The position numbers and the translations under genes are program-made. From positions 7,596 to 71,595 of the forward strand of contig JANWZO010000006.1 of the NCBI GenBank assembly GCA_025054615.1: a stretch of 64,000 nucleotides of DNA, written 5' to 3'. Below the pieces are notes generated by a model. That model did not search any database. It was not told the DNA's origin and saw nothing but the letters and a program-made list of their open reading frames with translations. Below are positions 41,792 to 51,779 of this stretch, one piece after another; position 1 is the stretch's first letter, and each line of letters starts with the position of its first letter. This DNA comes from Kiritimatiellia bacterium (lineage in GTDB: Bacteria > Verrucomicrobiota > Kiritimatiellia > CAIVKH01).

Positions 41792-44526
41792 CGCGATTTC
41801 GCCTTTCCCAGTTGGCCCTCGCCGGTTCTGTAGTCGGCCTCATCTTCGGCAGCACCCTCGTTTGCGCCCTCGCTCTCGGTCTGCTGCCCGCATCGAAAAC
41901 GACCCTTGCGGCAACGGTCGTCGCCGTTGCACTGACGCTCGCCAGTTTTCTCGGGTATGTCCACGGTCTTCGTAAACGCATCCAGAGGTTGAGGGACCGT
42001 GCTCAACAGGTGTCCTACCTCGGCGAACCTCCCCGGGCGGAGACCGCACCCAGTCGATCCTCCGGCGAACCCTGGGAGGTCGAAATCTCAAACGCGTTTG
42101 ATCAGTTAACCGAGGAAATCATTCGGTTACGGCGCGAAAATGCCGAGCTTGAGGAAGGTCTTCAGCAGCGGACGTCGGAGCGAGATGAGGCCCGCAAATC
42201 GCTCGCCGAACTATCCCTCAAACGGATCCAGGACGACCGCGAGCATGCGGAAAAGGAACGGCTGTATCGCGCCCTACTCGACACCTTGCCGATTGGGGTC
42301 ATCCTACAGGATGCGGCGGGCAACATCCTCGATGCCAACCGAGCGTTCAGCGAACTGACCGGCTTTTCTCGCGATGAACTCGCGGGTCGGCTGGCCGCGG
42401 AGGTGTTCGAGCCGCCCGTCCGCTCGGAGGCTGGATCAAAAATCCGCGACACATCCCCCGATGATTCCGTCGTCCGCGAGGTGTCTCTGCGAAATCGGGA
42501 CGGCAGAACGCGTTTCGTTGAAATCCGTGAACGCGGCATCACTCTACCGGAGGGACGACGCCGCATCATCGTCACGGCGATGGACATCAGCGCCAGGAAA
42601 CAACACGAAGAACTTCTCCGGGAAAGCGAGTTGCGGTATCACACCCTTTTCAACACGATGATCACCGGCTTCGCCCTGCATGAAATCATCTGCGATGAGC
42701 AGGGCCGGCCCGTTGATTACCGCTTCATCGATGTCAATCCGGCCTTCACCGCGATGACGGGCCTCCGCCGCGACGAGGTGCTGGGCAGGCGTGTTCGGGA
42801 AATTTTTCCGGACATCGAACCGGTTTGGATCGAACGATATGGCAAGGTGGCGCTTACGGGGCGCCCGATTGCGTTCGAGGAGTATTCGGCTGACCTCCAG
42901 AAATATTTCTCAGTGATTGCGTTCAGTCCCCGCCGGGGGCAATTCGCTGTGAATTTCATCGACGTCACCGAGCAGCGACGCGCGATGGACATCGTCCGTC
43001 TACAGGGAGCCGCGCTTGAGTCCTCGGCAAACGCGATCATGATTGTCGACCGGGAGGGTGTTATCACGTGGGTGAATTCCGCGTTCACGACCCTGACCGG
43101 TTACAGCCGAGAGGAAGTCCTTGGAAAGAGCCCCAACATCCTGAAGTCGGGCCGGCATCCTCCGAACTTCTACAAGCAATTGTGGGATACGATCCTCTCC
43201 GGTCAGCTTTGGCGCGGTGAAGTCATCAATCGCCGAAAAGACGGATCACTCTATCTCGAGGAGCTGATCATCACGCCCGTGTTGGACGCTCAGGGTCGAC
43301 CCTCGCACTTTGTCGCCATCAAGCAGGACATTACGGAGCGCCGCTCTCTCCAGCAGCGCCTGATGGAGGCTCAAAAGATGGAGACCATCGGACGACTGGC
43401 CGGGGGCATCGCACACGACTTTAATAACATTTTGCAGGCTATCACCGGTTTCAGCCATCTGTTGCTGGAGAGCATGGACCCGCGAGATCCGCTCCGCGCC
43501 GATGTCATCGAAATCGATAAGGCCGCACGACGAGCCGCCGAGCTGACCCGCCAGTTGCTGGCCTTTGGGCGCAGGCAGATGCTGGAACCGCGGGCGGTCG
43601 ACATCAATGCGCTTGTCGAGGGCACCCGGAAGATGCTTCAGCGGCTGATCGGGGAAGATATCGAGTTGGAGGTGCGACTCGAACCCAATCTCGACCCTGT
43701 CCGCGTCGATCCGGGCCAGATCGAGCAGGTGCTCGTCAATTTGACGCTCAATGCGCGCGACGCCATGCCGTCCGGTGGCCGCCTCACGATTTCAACCGTC
43801 GGCATCGTGCTGCTCAAAGAGGACGCCCTGATGATGCCGGAAAAACGACATGGCCGGTTCGTTGTGCTTGACGTGACGGATACTGGGGTCGGTATGACGC
43901 CCGAGGTTCGCGAGCGGATTTTCGAACCGTTCTTTACGACAAAAGGACCGGGACGCGGGACGGGATTGGGCCTCTCGGTCGTGTATGGCATCATTCAGCA
44001 ACATGAGGGGATGATTCACGTCTACAGCGAGCCGGGCCAGGGGACGACCTTTCGAATCTATCTGCCCGTCTGCGGCGATGGGTCCGCCGTGGAAACGAGC
44101 GCCCTCGAGGACAGGCAGCGGTTGACCGCGCTGCCGCGGGGTCGAAATGAAAAGATCCTGGTCGTCGAAGACGAGGCGGGCATCCGGGAATTCGTATCAA
44201 ACGCTTTGCGGCAATACGGCTACCAACCCATTCTTGCGGGCCGGGCCGATGAAGCAGAAAAGTTGTTTGACGAAAACGACGGCTCGCTTTCTCTGCTGTT
44301 TACGGATGTGGTGCTACCCGACCGCACGGGTCTGGAACTGGCCGAAGCATTGCGACGAAAAAAGTCCGAACTGCGCGTTCTCCTCACCAGTGGTTACACC
44401 GACGACAAGTCGCGCTGGCCGCTCATTCGCGAGCGCGGATACCCCTTCCTTCAAAAACCGTATCCCCTCCAGACCCTACTGCACACCATACGTCAGACGC
44501 TGGACCTTCCGCCTCCACCCGCTTGA
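41788..44526 (+). CDS. Membrane hybrid histidine kinase (2 TM, 3 PAS, HisKA-HATPase-REC)
   Basis: [25 protein letters not shown] (VEDE, TDVVLP, KPY); ATGA overlap. Confidence 0.93.
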   Translation: MTRFRLSQLALAGSVVGLIFGSTLVCALALGLLPASKTTLAATVVAVALTLASFLGYVHGLRKRIQRLRDRAQQVSYLGEPPRAETAPSRSSGEPWEVEISNAFDQLTEEIIRLRRENAELEEGLQQRTSERDEARKSLAELSLKRIQDDREHAEKERLYRALLDTLPIGVILQDAAGNILDANRAFSELTGFSRDELAGRLAAEVFEPPVRSEAGSKIRDTSPDDSVVREVSLRNRDGRTRFVEIRERGITLPEGRRRIIVTAMDISARKQHEELLRESELRYHTLFNTMITGFALHEIICDEQGRPVDYRFIDVNPAFTAMTGLRRDEVLGRRVREIFPDIEPVWIERYGKVALTGRPIAFEEYSADLQKYFSVIAFSPRRGQFAVNFIDVTEQRRAMDIVRLQGAALESSANAIMIVDREGVITWVNSAFTTLTGYSREEVLGKSPNILKSGRHPPNFYKQLWDTILSGQLWRGEVINRRKDGSLYLEELIITPVLDAQGRPSHFVAIKQDITERRSLQQRLMEAQKMETIGRLAGGIAHDFNNILQAITGFSHLLLESMDPRDPLRADVIEIDKAARRAAELTRQLLAFGRRQMLEPRAVDINALVEGTRKMLQRLIGEDIELEVRLEPNLDPVRVDPGQIEQVLVNLTLNARDAMPSGGRLTISTVGIVLLKEDALMMPEKRHGRFVVLDVTDTGVGMTPEVRERIFEPFFTTKGPGRGTGLGLSVVYGIIQQHEGMIHVYSEPGQGTTFRIYLPVCGDGSAVETSALEDRQRLTALPRGRNEKILVVEDEAGIREFVSNALRQYGYQPILAGRADEAEKLFDENDGSLSLLFTDVVLPDRTGLELAEALRRKKSELRVLLTSGYTDDKSRWPLIRERGYPFLQKPYPLQTLLHTIRQTLDLPPPPA

Positions 44527-45070
44527 CCGTCCGACGAAAGCCGTATTGACTTCTGCAGCGACGAACGATGGATGTCGTCCGTGAAAAACAGCACTGGGGC
44601 GTGTGCATATTGCCGGCGGCTCTTTGTGTTGCCGGAAATATTGTCCACTTCAGGAGTGCAAACACTTTCGCGGAGGAACTTGGGTCTCACCTTCTCTGAG
44701 TGATTCTCCCATCCCGATCAGGATGGAAACTTGAAATGAAAGCCGGCGCCACTGCCTATCTATCTCACTCATGACCTGTTGTATGGAGATTGCGACGTAG
44801 CCGACGCATCGTGTGAATTTTCACGGGACGAAACTCAGCTTGCCTGCTCGCTTGGCACGAATGCGTCTCACCCCTTACGCTTCGCCATCATGAAACCTTT
44901 GCCTCGATTCCTTCGACGGTCACCGGGGACTTTCAATCGATCGGCAACATCGCTCTCCCAATTGCTTCTGACTGGACCGAATGGCGCGCGGTTGGCATCG
45001 ATTGCGTTTCCTCCTCCGCGAACGCAACGGTCGTGGTCTTGCCTCCTTTATGGCGGCTGACCCGTTCGCC

Positions 45071-45727
45071 ATGAATCGCTGGACGGCAAAAGTTTTCCGA
45101 CACAGGCAGGTCTCATCAACGGCCTATGAGTTGACCCTGAGCCGAGATGGCCTGCAATTTCGCGCTGGCCAGTTGATAACGATTCACGGCCGGGACATCA
45201 CCGAAGACCGGAATTACTCGATCGCGTCTGGCGAAAACGATGACGCCTTGACCGTTCTCTATCGTTTGATTCCGGACGGCGTGCTGACGCCCCGCCTCGT
45301 CAGGCTTGCCGAAGGCGACTCGATTGACGTGTCGGGTCCTTATGGCGAATTTGTCATTCGTGACCTCGGCAGGCCTCTCGTTTTTGTCGCGACAGGTACG
45401 GGCATCGCCCCCTGCCGCGCCTATGCGAGGACCCACCCCGGGTTGGACCTGACTATCCTCCACGGCGTCCGCAGGGTCGAAGATCTTTTTTTCCGCAGTG
45501 AACTCGAGGCATACCATTATTTCCCTTGTGTCAGCGGAGAATCGTCCCCTTGGTTTCGCGGGCGCGTCACCGAATTCGCTAGATCGTTCAATTTTCCCCC
45601 CGATGCCGATTTTTACCTGTGTGGCGCCAATGAAATGTTCTATGAGATGCGCGAGATTTTGACGGAACGGGGAATCTCCCCCCATGCGATTTTTACCGAG
45701 GCGTATTACTACACGCATGATGCCTAG
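45071..45727 (+). CDS. FAD/NAD(P)-dependent oxidoreductase, ferredoxin-NADP reductase-like
   Basis: F.AGQ, RNYSIAS, G.LT, GPYG.F, ATGTGIAP, YLCG; start 45050 or 45071. Confidence 0.9.
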   Translation: MNRWTAKVFRHRQVSSTAYELTLSRDGLQFRAGQLITIHGRDITEDRNYSIASGENDDALTVLYRLIPDGVLTPRLVRLAEGDSIDVSGPYGEFVIRDLGRPLVFVATGTGIAPCRAYARTHPGLDLTILHGVRRVEDLFFRSELEAYHYFPCVSGESSPWFRGRVTEFARSFNFPPDADFYLCGANEMFYEMREILTERGISPHAIFTEAYYYTHDA

Positions 45728-46829
45728 CGCCCGGGCCGTAAGCCTCGCTCTGGGTTGTGCGATCGCTGCAGGCTGCGCAGAAACTCCACCGGTCCGCCGA
45801 GCATTCCACATCGCCGGCCGGGATGGCGCGGTCACGGTCCCGAAGGCGGATGCGGACCGGCTGGCTGCGCTATCCGGCCTCGCGGAGATTCAGTACGGCG
45901 CCGCAGCAGCGGAATTCGACCTTTCAGACCGCCAGAGCGACCTGTCAAAAATCAATCGCGTCGCCGGTTCATTTCGCATGCAGGTCTCCTTCAACACGTT
46001 TCGCGCACTGGACCTCGTCCACTACTATTCCCAACTGACCCAGGGCGGATATGACCTCGCGTTACTCGGCGCGCTCGAAGCTTGGGGGATCGGCTCGGCA
46101 ACGCCCCCGCCCGAACCGCCCACAGATGAAGAGCTCGCCGTCCTCCGGGAACACATCGGGCCTCACCTGATTCAATTTTTTGATCCCGGCGGCGTCGCGC
46201 TCCTATCCCCGGCGGCGCGGCTTGCGCCGATGGGATTGCAATATGCCTACGGTGTTGATCTGGCTCTTGTGGAAGCCCGCCGATCCGGTTTCAACGCCGT
46301 GTTGTTCGAATGGGATCGCTACGCGCGCGCCCTAGGCCGCCAAGATCCAAACAACTACTGGTCTCTTCCCATCCGAAATCCCTTCGACGGACCTCCGCTT
46401 GGAACCCTCCGACTGCCCCCTAACCACGGGTTGGCGGTCATCGGATTGCGGGACCAGACTGTGACGATTGCCGGTGAAACCTATGGAGGCATCATCGACC
46501 CGAGATCCCTGCGTCCGGCCCAGGGAACCTGCCTGGCGGCTGTCCGGGCTCCAACCTGCCTGATGGCGCATGTGCTCGCGCACGCTCTGATCGTCCTCGG
46601 TATGGAGGAGGGCGCCCGGATTCTTCCGTCTTTCCCCGAGGCAGACGTTCTCATCATGCCGGACCGCCAGCCGGTCGAGCTTTGGGCAACCGAGGGTTGG
46701 ATTCGCGATTATACCCCGGCAGCCGATGCTCCCATCCCCCGCAGGTGGGGACAACACCCCACTCCCGAGAAGACCGGCGCGGACGGCTCTGAATCTATGC
46801 TACCCGGGGTCGAATCCGGCTCAACATGA
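45717..46829 (+). CDS. ApbE (FAD:protein FMN transferase)-like lipoprotein with substituted catalytic motifs
   Basis: Lipobox AAGC; SDLS.IN, T.G.YD, WG...PP, IIDPR, A..LA.AL.VLG follow ApbE motif order. Confidence 0.8.
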   Translation: MMPSARAVSLALGCAIAAGCAETPPVRRAFHIAGRDGAVTVPKADADRLAALSGLAEIQYGAAAAEFDLSDRQSDLSKINRVAGSFRMQVSFNTFRALDLVHYYSQLTQGGYDLALLGALEAWGIGSATPPPEPPTDEELAVLREHIGPHLIQFFDPGGVALLSPAARLAPMGLQYAYGVDLALVEARRSGFNAVLFEWDRYARALGRQDPNNYWSLPIRNPFDGPPLGTLRLPPNHGLAVIGLRDQTVTIAGETYGGIIDPRSLRPAQGTCLAAVRAPTCLMAHVLAHALIVLGMEEGARILPSFPEADVLIMPDRQPVELWATEGWIRDYTPAADAPIPRRWGQHPTPEKTGADGSESMLPGVESGST

Positions 46830-48161
46830 TCGGCCGCGCTGTCGGGATGATCGGAGGTGCGCGAGTACGGCCCCCGCCAGATGAAGTGAGCCAGTTATGA
46901 CCAGTAGAGCGCCCTGTTCGCGACACCAAGCCCGAGCAAGGTCCCACGCCTCATCGAGCGGACGAGGCGGTTCAGAATTTACGATGCCGGCGAGAACGGC
47001 GGCTCGCTCCAACTCCCCGGACTCCATGGCCCTGGCGTCTTCCAACCGGACGAGCCAGACCTTTTGCGCCGCGCCACGCCAGGCGGCCAGGCATTGAACC
47101 GCATCTTTGTCCTCGAGAAAGCCGGCCACCAAGCCGATGGGCCTGTCCCCACGCACCTCATCTATCGTGCGGCGAAGCGCTTCCATCGCCTGGGGATTGT
47201 GCGCTCCATCGAGAATCGTTGTCGGGTCTCGCTCAATCAATTGCGCCCGAGCCGGCCACACCACCTCTTGTAAGCCTGCCCGAAGCACGGCGCCGCTCAA
47301 GGGTCGGCCAAGTTGCTCCAGAGCAATCTCGGACATCGCGACGGCGATGGAAATATTTGCCAGTTGATGGCGTCCGATCAGCGGGCAACGGGCGCGAACG
47401 CTCAGGCCTCCAGCGGTTTCGACACGGACGTCCTGCCACTCTACGCTTTGGCTGATACGTTCCACGCTGCATACGTCAGACGCGCGCACAAGGTGGGCCC
47501 GCCGCTCGCGAGCGACCCTTTCAATCACCTCATCCGCCGCGGGCAGTAAATGGCCAACAACAACTGGCCGGCTCGACTTGATGATTCCGGCTTTTTCCGC
47601 AGCAATTTTCTCCAGCGTGTCTCCCAACCACTTTTGGTGGTCAAAGCCGATCGTCGTGATCGCACAGGCCAGAGGTTCAACTATGTTTGTGGCGTCCAGC
47701 CGACCTCCCATGCCCGTTTCGATCACGGCAAGCTGTACGCCGGCCCGCTGAAAATGGCGGAACGCCAATCCCGTGGTGAATTCGAAAAACGTCACATCCC
47801 GCTCGCCGTCTTCGCGTACACGCGCCGCGGCCGCCTCAACGGCGTCAATCCCATCGGAGAGTTCGGCATCACCAATCGGAGCGCCATCCACTTGGATCCG
47901 CTCATGAAATCGCTCCAAGTGGGGAGAGGTATACAGGCCCGTTCGCAAACCGGCCGCCCGAAAAATGGAAGCCGCGATGGCACAAACCGAACCCTTGCCA
48001 TTCGTGCCCGCCACATGGACGTTGGGAAAGGCAAGATGCGGGTCGCCAAGCTCTCGCGCGAGCCGCCGCATCGGCTCCAGGCCAAGTTTGATGACGTGGA
48101 GGTTGCGCCGGTAAAGCCGCTCAAGGACGTCGCTGAGCGGTAGCTTCTCGGGGTGCGCCAC
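46821..48161 (-). CDS. folC: Folylpolyglutamate synthase/dihydrofolate synthase
   Basis: HVAGTNGKGS, YTSPHL..F.ERI, TFFE, ETGMGGRLDATN, EKAGIIK, LDGAHN, GSL. Confidence 0.97.
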   Translation of the reverse strand: MAHPEKLPLSDVLERLYRRNLHVIKLGLEPMRRLARELGDPHLAFPNVHVAGTNGKGSVCAIAASIFRAAGLRTGLYTSPHLERFHERIQVDGAPIGDAELSDGIDAVEAAAARVREDGERDVTFFEFTTGLAFRHFQRAGVQLAVIETGMGGRLDATNIVEPLACAITTIGFDHQKWLGDTLEKIAAEKAGIIKSSRPVVVGHLLPAADEVIERVARERRAHLVRASDVCSVERISQSVEWQDVRVETAGGLSVRARCPLIGRHQLANISIAVAMSEIALEQLGRPLSGAVLRAGLQEVVWPARAQLIERDPTTILDGAHNPQAMEALRRTIDEVRGDRPIGLVAGFLEDKDAVQCLAAWRGAAQKVWLVRLEDARAMESGELERAAVLAGIVNSEPPRPLDEAWDLARAWCREQGALLVITGSLHLAGAVLAHLRSSRQRGRSC

Positions 48162-48175
48162 TTAAGGCCCCGCAG

Positions 48176-49045
48176 CTACGGTTGGGCGGGCGCCGGCCTC
48201 GCAGGTCGGCCTGTCAGGTAGTCGAGCGCCGTGACGAGCGTCTGCTTGAGCGCTTTCCGATTGACAACCTTGTCGAGGAGTCCTTTTTTCAGAAGGAATT
48301 CCGACCGCTGAAAACCTTCAGGAAGGTCTTGCTGCGTCGTTTCCTTGATGACGCGAGGCCCGGCAAAGCCGATCAGCGCGCCGGGTTCGGCAATGATCAG
48401 ATCCCCCAGCGTCGCAAAGCTGGCCATCACCCCGGCTGTCGTGGGGTGCGTAAGCACGGGAATGTAGGGAAGCCCCGCCTGAGCATGCTTTGCGAGTGCG
48501 GCGCTGGTCTTCGCCATCTGCATCAGGCTGAACATCCCCTCGTACATGCGCGCTCCCCCAGACGCGCAAACGATGATCACGGGCAAACGGAGCGCGGTCG
48601 ATTTCTCAATCAGCCGCGTCACCTTTTCGCCGACAACCGATCCCATGCTGGCCCCCAGAAATGAGAAGTCCATGACGCCCAGTCCGATCTCATGGTGCGC
48701 CATGCGTCCACGCCCGATGGTGATCGCGTCATTATAGCCGGTCTTGCGAATGTTTTCCTCCAGCTTGCTGGTGTAAGAGGCCGTCCCGGTGAAGCCCAGT
48801 GTGTCAACACTGTAAAGATTGGCATCCCATTCTTCGAAGGTCCCTTCTTCTATCAGCAATTTTATCCGGTCCGCACGGCTCATCTGAAAATGATGGCCGC
48901 ACTTCGGGCAGACGGACGCGTTCTCTTCGAGCTCCTGCTTGAAGACGATTTCCTGGCACCCCGGACATTTCAGCCAGAGGCCGTCCGGGATATCCCGTTT
49001 CCTAACCTTGACCGTTGAGTAATTTTTCTTGCTAAACAAAGCCAT
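48176..49045 (-). CDS. accD: Acetyl-CoA carboxylase carboxyltransferase beta subunit
   Basis: GLW.KC..C...C..C zinc finger, SMGSVVGEK, SGGARM.EG, PT.AGV.AS, GFAGPRVI, FQRSEFL. Confidence 0.98.
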   Translation of the reverse strand: MALFSKKNYSTVKVRKRDIPDGLWLKCPGCQEIVFKQELEENASVCPKCGHHFQMSRADRIKLLIEEGTFEEWDANLYSVDTLGFTGTASYTSKLEENIRKTGYNDAITIGRGRMAHHEIGLGVMDFSFLGASMGSVVGEKVTRLIEKSTALRLPVIIVCASGGARMYEGMFSLMQMAKTSAALAKHAQAGLPYIPVLTHPTTAGVMASFATLGDLIIAEPGALIGFAGPRVIKETTQQDLPEGFQRSEFLLKKGLLDKVVNRKALKQTLVTALDYLTGRPARPAPAQP

Positions 49046-49064
49046 GGCAGAATGTTTCTCCACC

Positions 49065-49796
49065 TCACTGGCCGCGCGCCAGTGTCAGCACCGAAACAGA
49101 AATGCACCCAGCCGCCTTGAGAGCGCGCGCACAGGCGCTGACCGTTGCCCCCGTTGTCATCACGTCATCCACCAGGAGCGCCCGCTGGCCGCGAATCCGA
49201 GCCGGTGAGGGCGCCTTGAATGCTTCCTGAACGTTAGAAAGGCGTTGTTTCGCTGTCAAATGCGTTTGCGTTTCCGTCGGGCGAACCCGGACCAGCGCCC
49301 CTGGCAGGTGCGGACACCCGATACGACGGGCCAGCCCCGCGGAAAGCAGCGTCGCCTGATTGAACCCACGGGCCCGCTCACGAGCGGGATGAAGAGGCAC
49401 CGGGCAAACAAAATCCGGCCGGGGTCCGTCGCAAAACCATACCGTCCAGCACGCTTCAAGCCATTGAATCAGCTCCTCCTGAAGCCAGATTCCGCCCCGA
49501 TATTTGAACGTGTACACGGCCCCGACTGCCGCGCCCTCGAACCGAACAGCCGACCGCGCCAGGTCAAAATAGGGTTTCATTTCGTCGCAATGCGCGCAGA
49601 CGAATTCGTGGTCGGCGCGACCCTCGATCGGATTCCCGCATCGGGAACAGCAGGGTTCTCCGATGGGCCGCAGCGATTCCCGGCAGGGCCAGCAGAGAAA
49701 TCCCGGACCTTCGGCGATGGGCGCTCCGCATGCTCCACAACACCGCGGGTACATCAGATCCAGCGTCGCCCAAATCCATTCGGTAGCGGTCGCCAT
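49065..49796 (-). CDS. comF: ComF family double zinc-ribbon phosphoribosyltransferase-like protein
   Basis: Four CxxC pairs, PVPLH..R...RGFNQ, LVDDVMTTGAT. Confidence 0.93.
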   Translation of the reverse strand: MATATEWIWATLDLMYPRCCGACGAPIAEGPGFLCWPCRESLRPIGEPCCSRCGNPIEGRADHEFVCAHCDEMKPYFDLARSAVRFEGAAVGAVYTFKYRGGIWLQEELIQWLEACWTVWFCDGPRPDFVCPVPLHPARERARGFNQATLLSAGLARRIGCPHLPGALVRVRPTETQTHLTAKQRLSNVQEAFKAPSPARIRGQRALLVDDVMTTGATVSACARALKAAGCISVSVLTLARGQ

Positions 49797-49863
49797 CACC
49801 TCGCCAACCTATCCACAAGTCCGACAAGTCGGCAACCCTCCTTGCGACCCCCTGCCAACTTCA

Positions 49864-49893
49864 TTGACAAGCTCAATCAGCCGGCCCTACTCT
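49864..49893 (+). promoter_or_regulatory. Sigma70-like promoter of the kinase-ldt-accA unit
   Basis: TTGACA (49864), 18 bp, TACTCT (49888). Confidence 0.5.
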
Positions 49894-49921
49894 GCCCAGT
49901 GATACGGATTGATCGCTCCGG

Positions 49922-50737
49922 ATGCTGGCCGTTGGTCAAGAGTTCGCGGGTTTTGCAATTACCCGTCGCCTCGCGGCAGGAGGAATGACCTACCTCTATG
50001 TGGCGGTCGATTCGCAACAGAACCGTGTTGTAATCCGTCGGCTGAAACCGGATTACCTTCGGGACAAGAGGATCCGAAATTCCTTTTTACACGGCGCCGA
50101 AATTCTCGGGCATCTGCACCATCCGAACGTGATCCGGCTCATCAAGGCCGGTATTTACCAGGACGAGCCGTTTATGGCGCTGGAATACATCGAGTCCCGA
50201 AATCTCCGCGATCTCATTCTGCGAAAAGACCCGCTGATTTACCAAAACACACTCACCATTTTGAGGCAAATGGCGTCCGCCATCGCCTATGTACATTTGT
50301 CCGGCTTCCTCCACCTCGACATAAAACCCGAAAATTTCATCGTGCGGAATGATGCGCTCGTCGTGCTGATCGACTTCGACCTCGCGACCGAACGCAAACC
50401 TAAACCCGTCAAAATATCCCCGCTGCCAGGCACGTTCGCGTACCTGCCGCCCGAGACCCTGCTCAAAAACCTTGTCGATGAACAAACCGATATTTACGCG
50501 TTCGGCGTTACAGCCTACGAAATGTTCACGGGCCACAAACCGTTTGAGGGCGTGACCTTGGAAGACGCCAAAAAAAATCAACTTGACCCCAACGGAAAGC
50601 CGACCCGGTTCCGCTTCCACAACGTCAACCTCCCGGCCCCCATGGAAAACCTTATTTACAAGTGCCTTGCATACCGGCAAAGCGACCGATACCCTTCCAT
50701 GTCTCTGGTCCTTCGAGACCTTGAGACCATGGTATGA
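49922..50737 (+). CDS. Stand-alone Hanks-type Ser/Thr kinase domain, atypical or pseudokinase
   Basis: GGM loop, HPNV, HLDIKPEN, DFD, GT.AY.PPE, DIYAFG, TG..PF, KCL....R; VAIK reads VVIR. Confidence 0.92.
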   Translation: MLAVGQEFAGFAITRRLAAGGMTYLYVAVDSQQNRVVIRRLKPDYLRDKRIRNSFLHGAEILGHLHHPNVIRLIKAGIYQDEPFMALEYIESRNLRDLILRKDPLIYQNTLTILRQMASAIAYVHLSGFLHLDIKPENFIVRNDALVVLIDFDLATERKPKPVKISPLPGTFAYLPPETLLKNLVDEQTDIYAFGVTAYEMFTGHKPFEGVTLEDAKKNQLDPNGKPTRFRFHNVNLPAPMENLIYKCLAYRQSDRYPSMSLVLRDLETMV

Positions 50738-51771
50738 CGCAATTCGTTGTCGAAAAGGCAGATACAAAAGGAGGCCGCTCCGCCCGCCTCCTCGCAGTCG
50801 GACTTTTGGTCGCCGTATGCGCGGCTGCCTTCCTCATAAGTCTCTATGCCCGGCACTCGGGCGTCCGGGTGGACGAACTCACAGCCGATCACAGTGACGT
50901 CGGAATTGAGGGACCATCACTCCTCCCTGGCGCAATCGCAAACGAACCGCCTTCGGATCCCGCGCCGCCGGCCAGCCCTTCTGTTCCCGGCCCCGTGAAT
51001 GAATCGGCCAGCTTGACGCCGACGGAAACGAATGTAGTGGCGGAATCTCCGATCAAGACGGGAGAGCACCCTGCGATAGTCCTTCTTCGGGAAGCGAAAC
51101 AGCTCAAGGGCGAGGACCGGTTGCAGGACGCACGAGAAACGGCGCTCAGGGCGCTTGATCAGAACCCGGACGCGTCCACGCTCCAAGCCTTGGAGTCGCT
51201 CTTGGGCGAGGTCGGGATCGCCCTGGTCACGACACCCCGGCCCATGCCCGAGAAAATTGACTACGTAGTCCAGCCGGGCGATTCGCTGGGCCGAATCGCG
51301 CGAACCTACGGGACCACTATCGAACTTCTTGAGAAAAGCAACCGGCTAAAATCCAGAGTGATTCGACCCGGGGACCGGCTTCGTGTCCTGACCGGCACCT
51401 GGTCCATCCGCGTGAACAAAACACGCAATGATTTGGTCCTCTCATTGAATGACCGTTTTTTCAAACGATATCGCGTGGGAACGGGCGAATATGCCACAAC
51501 GCCCACGGGCGAATTCAGGATCACCGACCGAATCCCCCAACCGACGTGGTGGCACCCCGACGGGCGCACCATCCCCTACGGACACCCGGAGAATTTGTTG
51601 GGCACGCACTGGCTCGCGCTGGATATCAAAGGGTACGGGCTGCACGGCACATGGGAGCCGGAAACCATTGGCCGGCAGTCCAGCATGGGGTGCGTTCGAC
51701 TCGTCAACGAAGACATTGAGGAACTCTTCACGTTGGTGCCGGTCGGCACGCGCGTGATCATTGAAGACTAG
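50734..51771 (+). CDS. Membrane-anchored L,D-transpeptidase with LysM domain
   Basis: TM anchor, Pro-rich linker, LysM YVVQPGDSL..IA, YkuD motif HGT...SMGCVRL; ATGA overlap with kinase. Confidence 0.93.
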   Translation: MTQFVVEKADTKGGRSARLLAVGLLVAVCAAAFLISLYARHSGVRVDELTADHSDVGIEGPSLLPGAIANEPPSDPAPPASPSVPGPVNESASLTPTETNVVAESPIKTGEHPAIVLLREAKQLKGEDRLQDARETALRALDQNPDASTLQALESLLGEVGIALVTTPRPMPEKIDYVVQPGDSLGRIARTYGTTIELLEKSNRLKSRVIRPGDRLRVLTGTWSIRVNKTRNDLVLSLNDRFFKRYRVGTGEYATTPTGEFRITDRIPQPTWWHPDGRTIPYGHPENLLGTHWLALDIKGYGLHGTWEPETIGRQSSMGCVRLVNEDIEELFTLVPVGTRVIIED

Positions 51772-51779
51772 CGCGGAGG

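Noticed and set aside
44696..44730. Hammerhead-like CTGAGTGA...hairpin...GAAAC
   Set aside because: The core does not fit CUGANGA directly abutting stem II, and no stems I/III were found.
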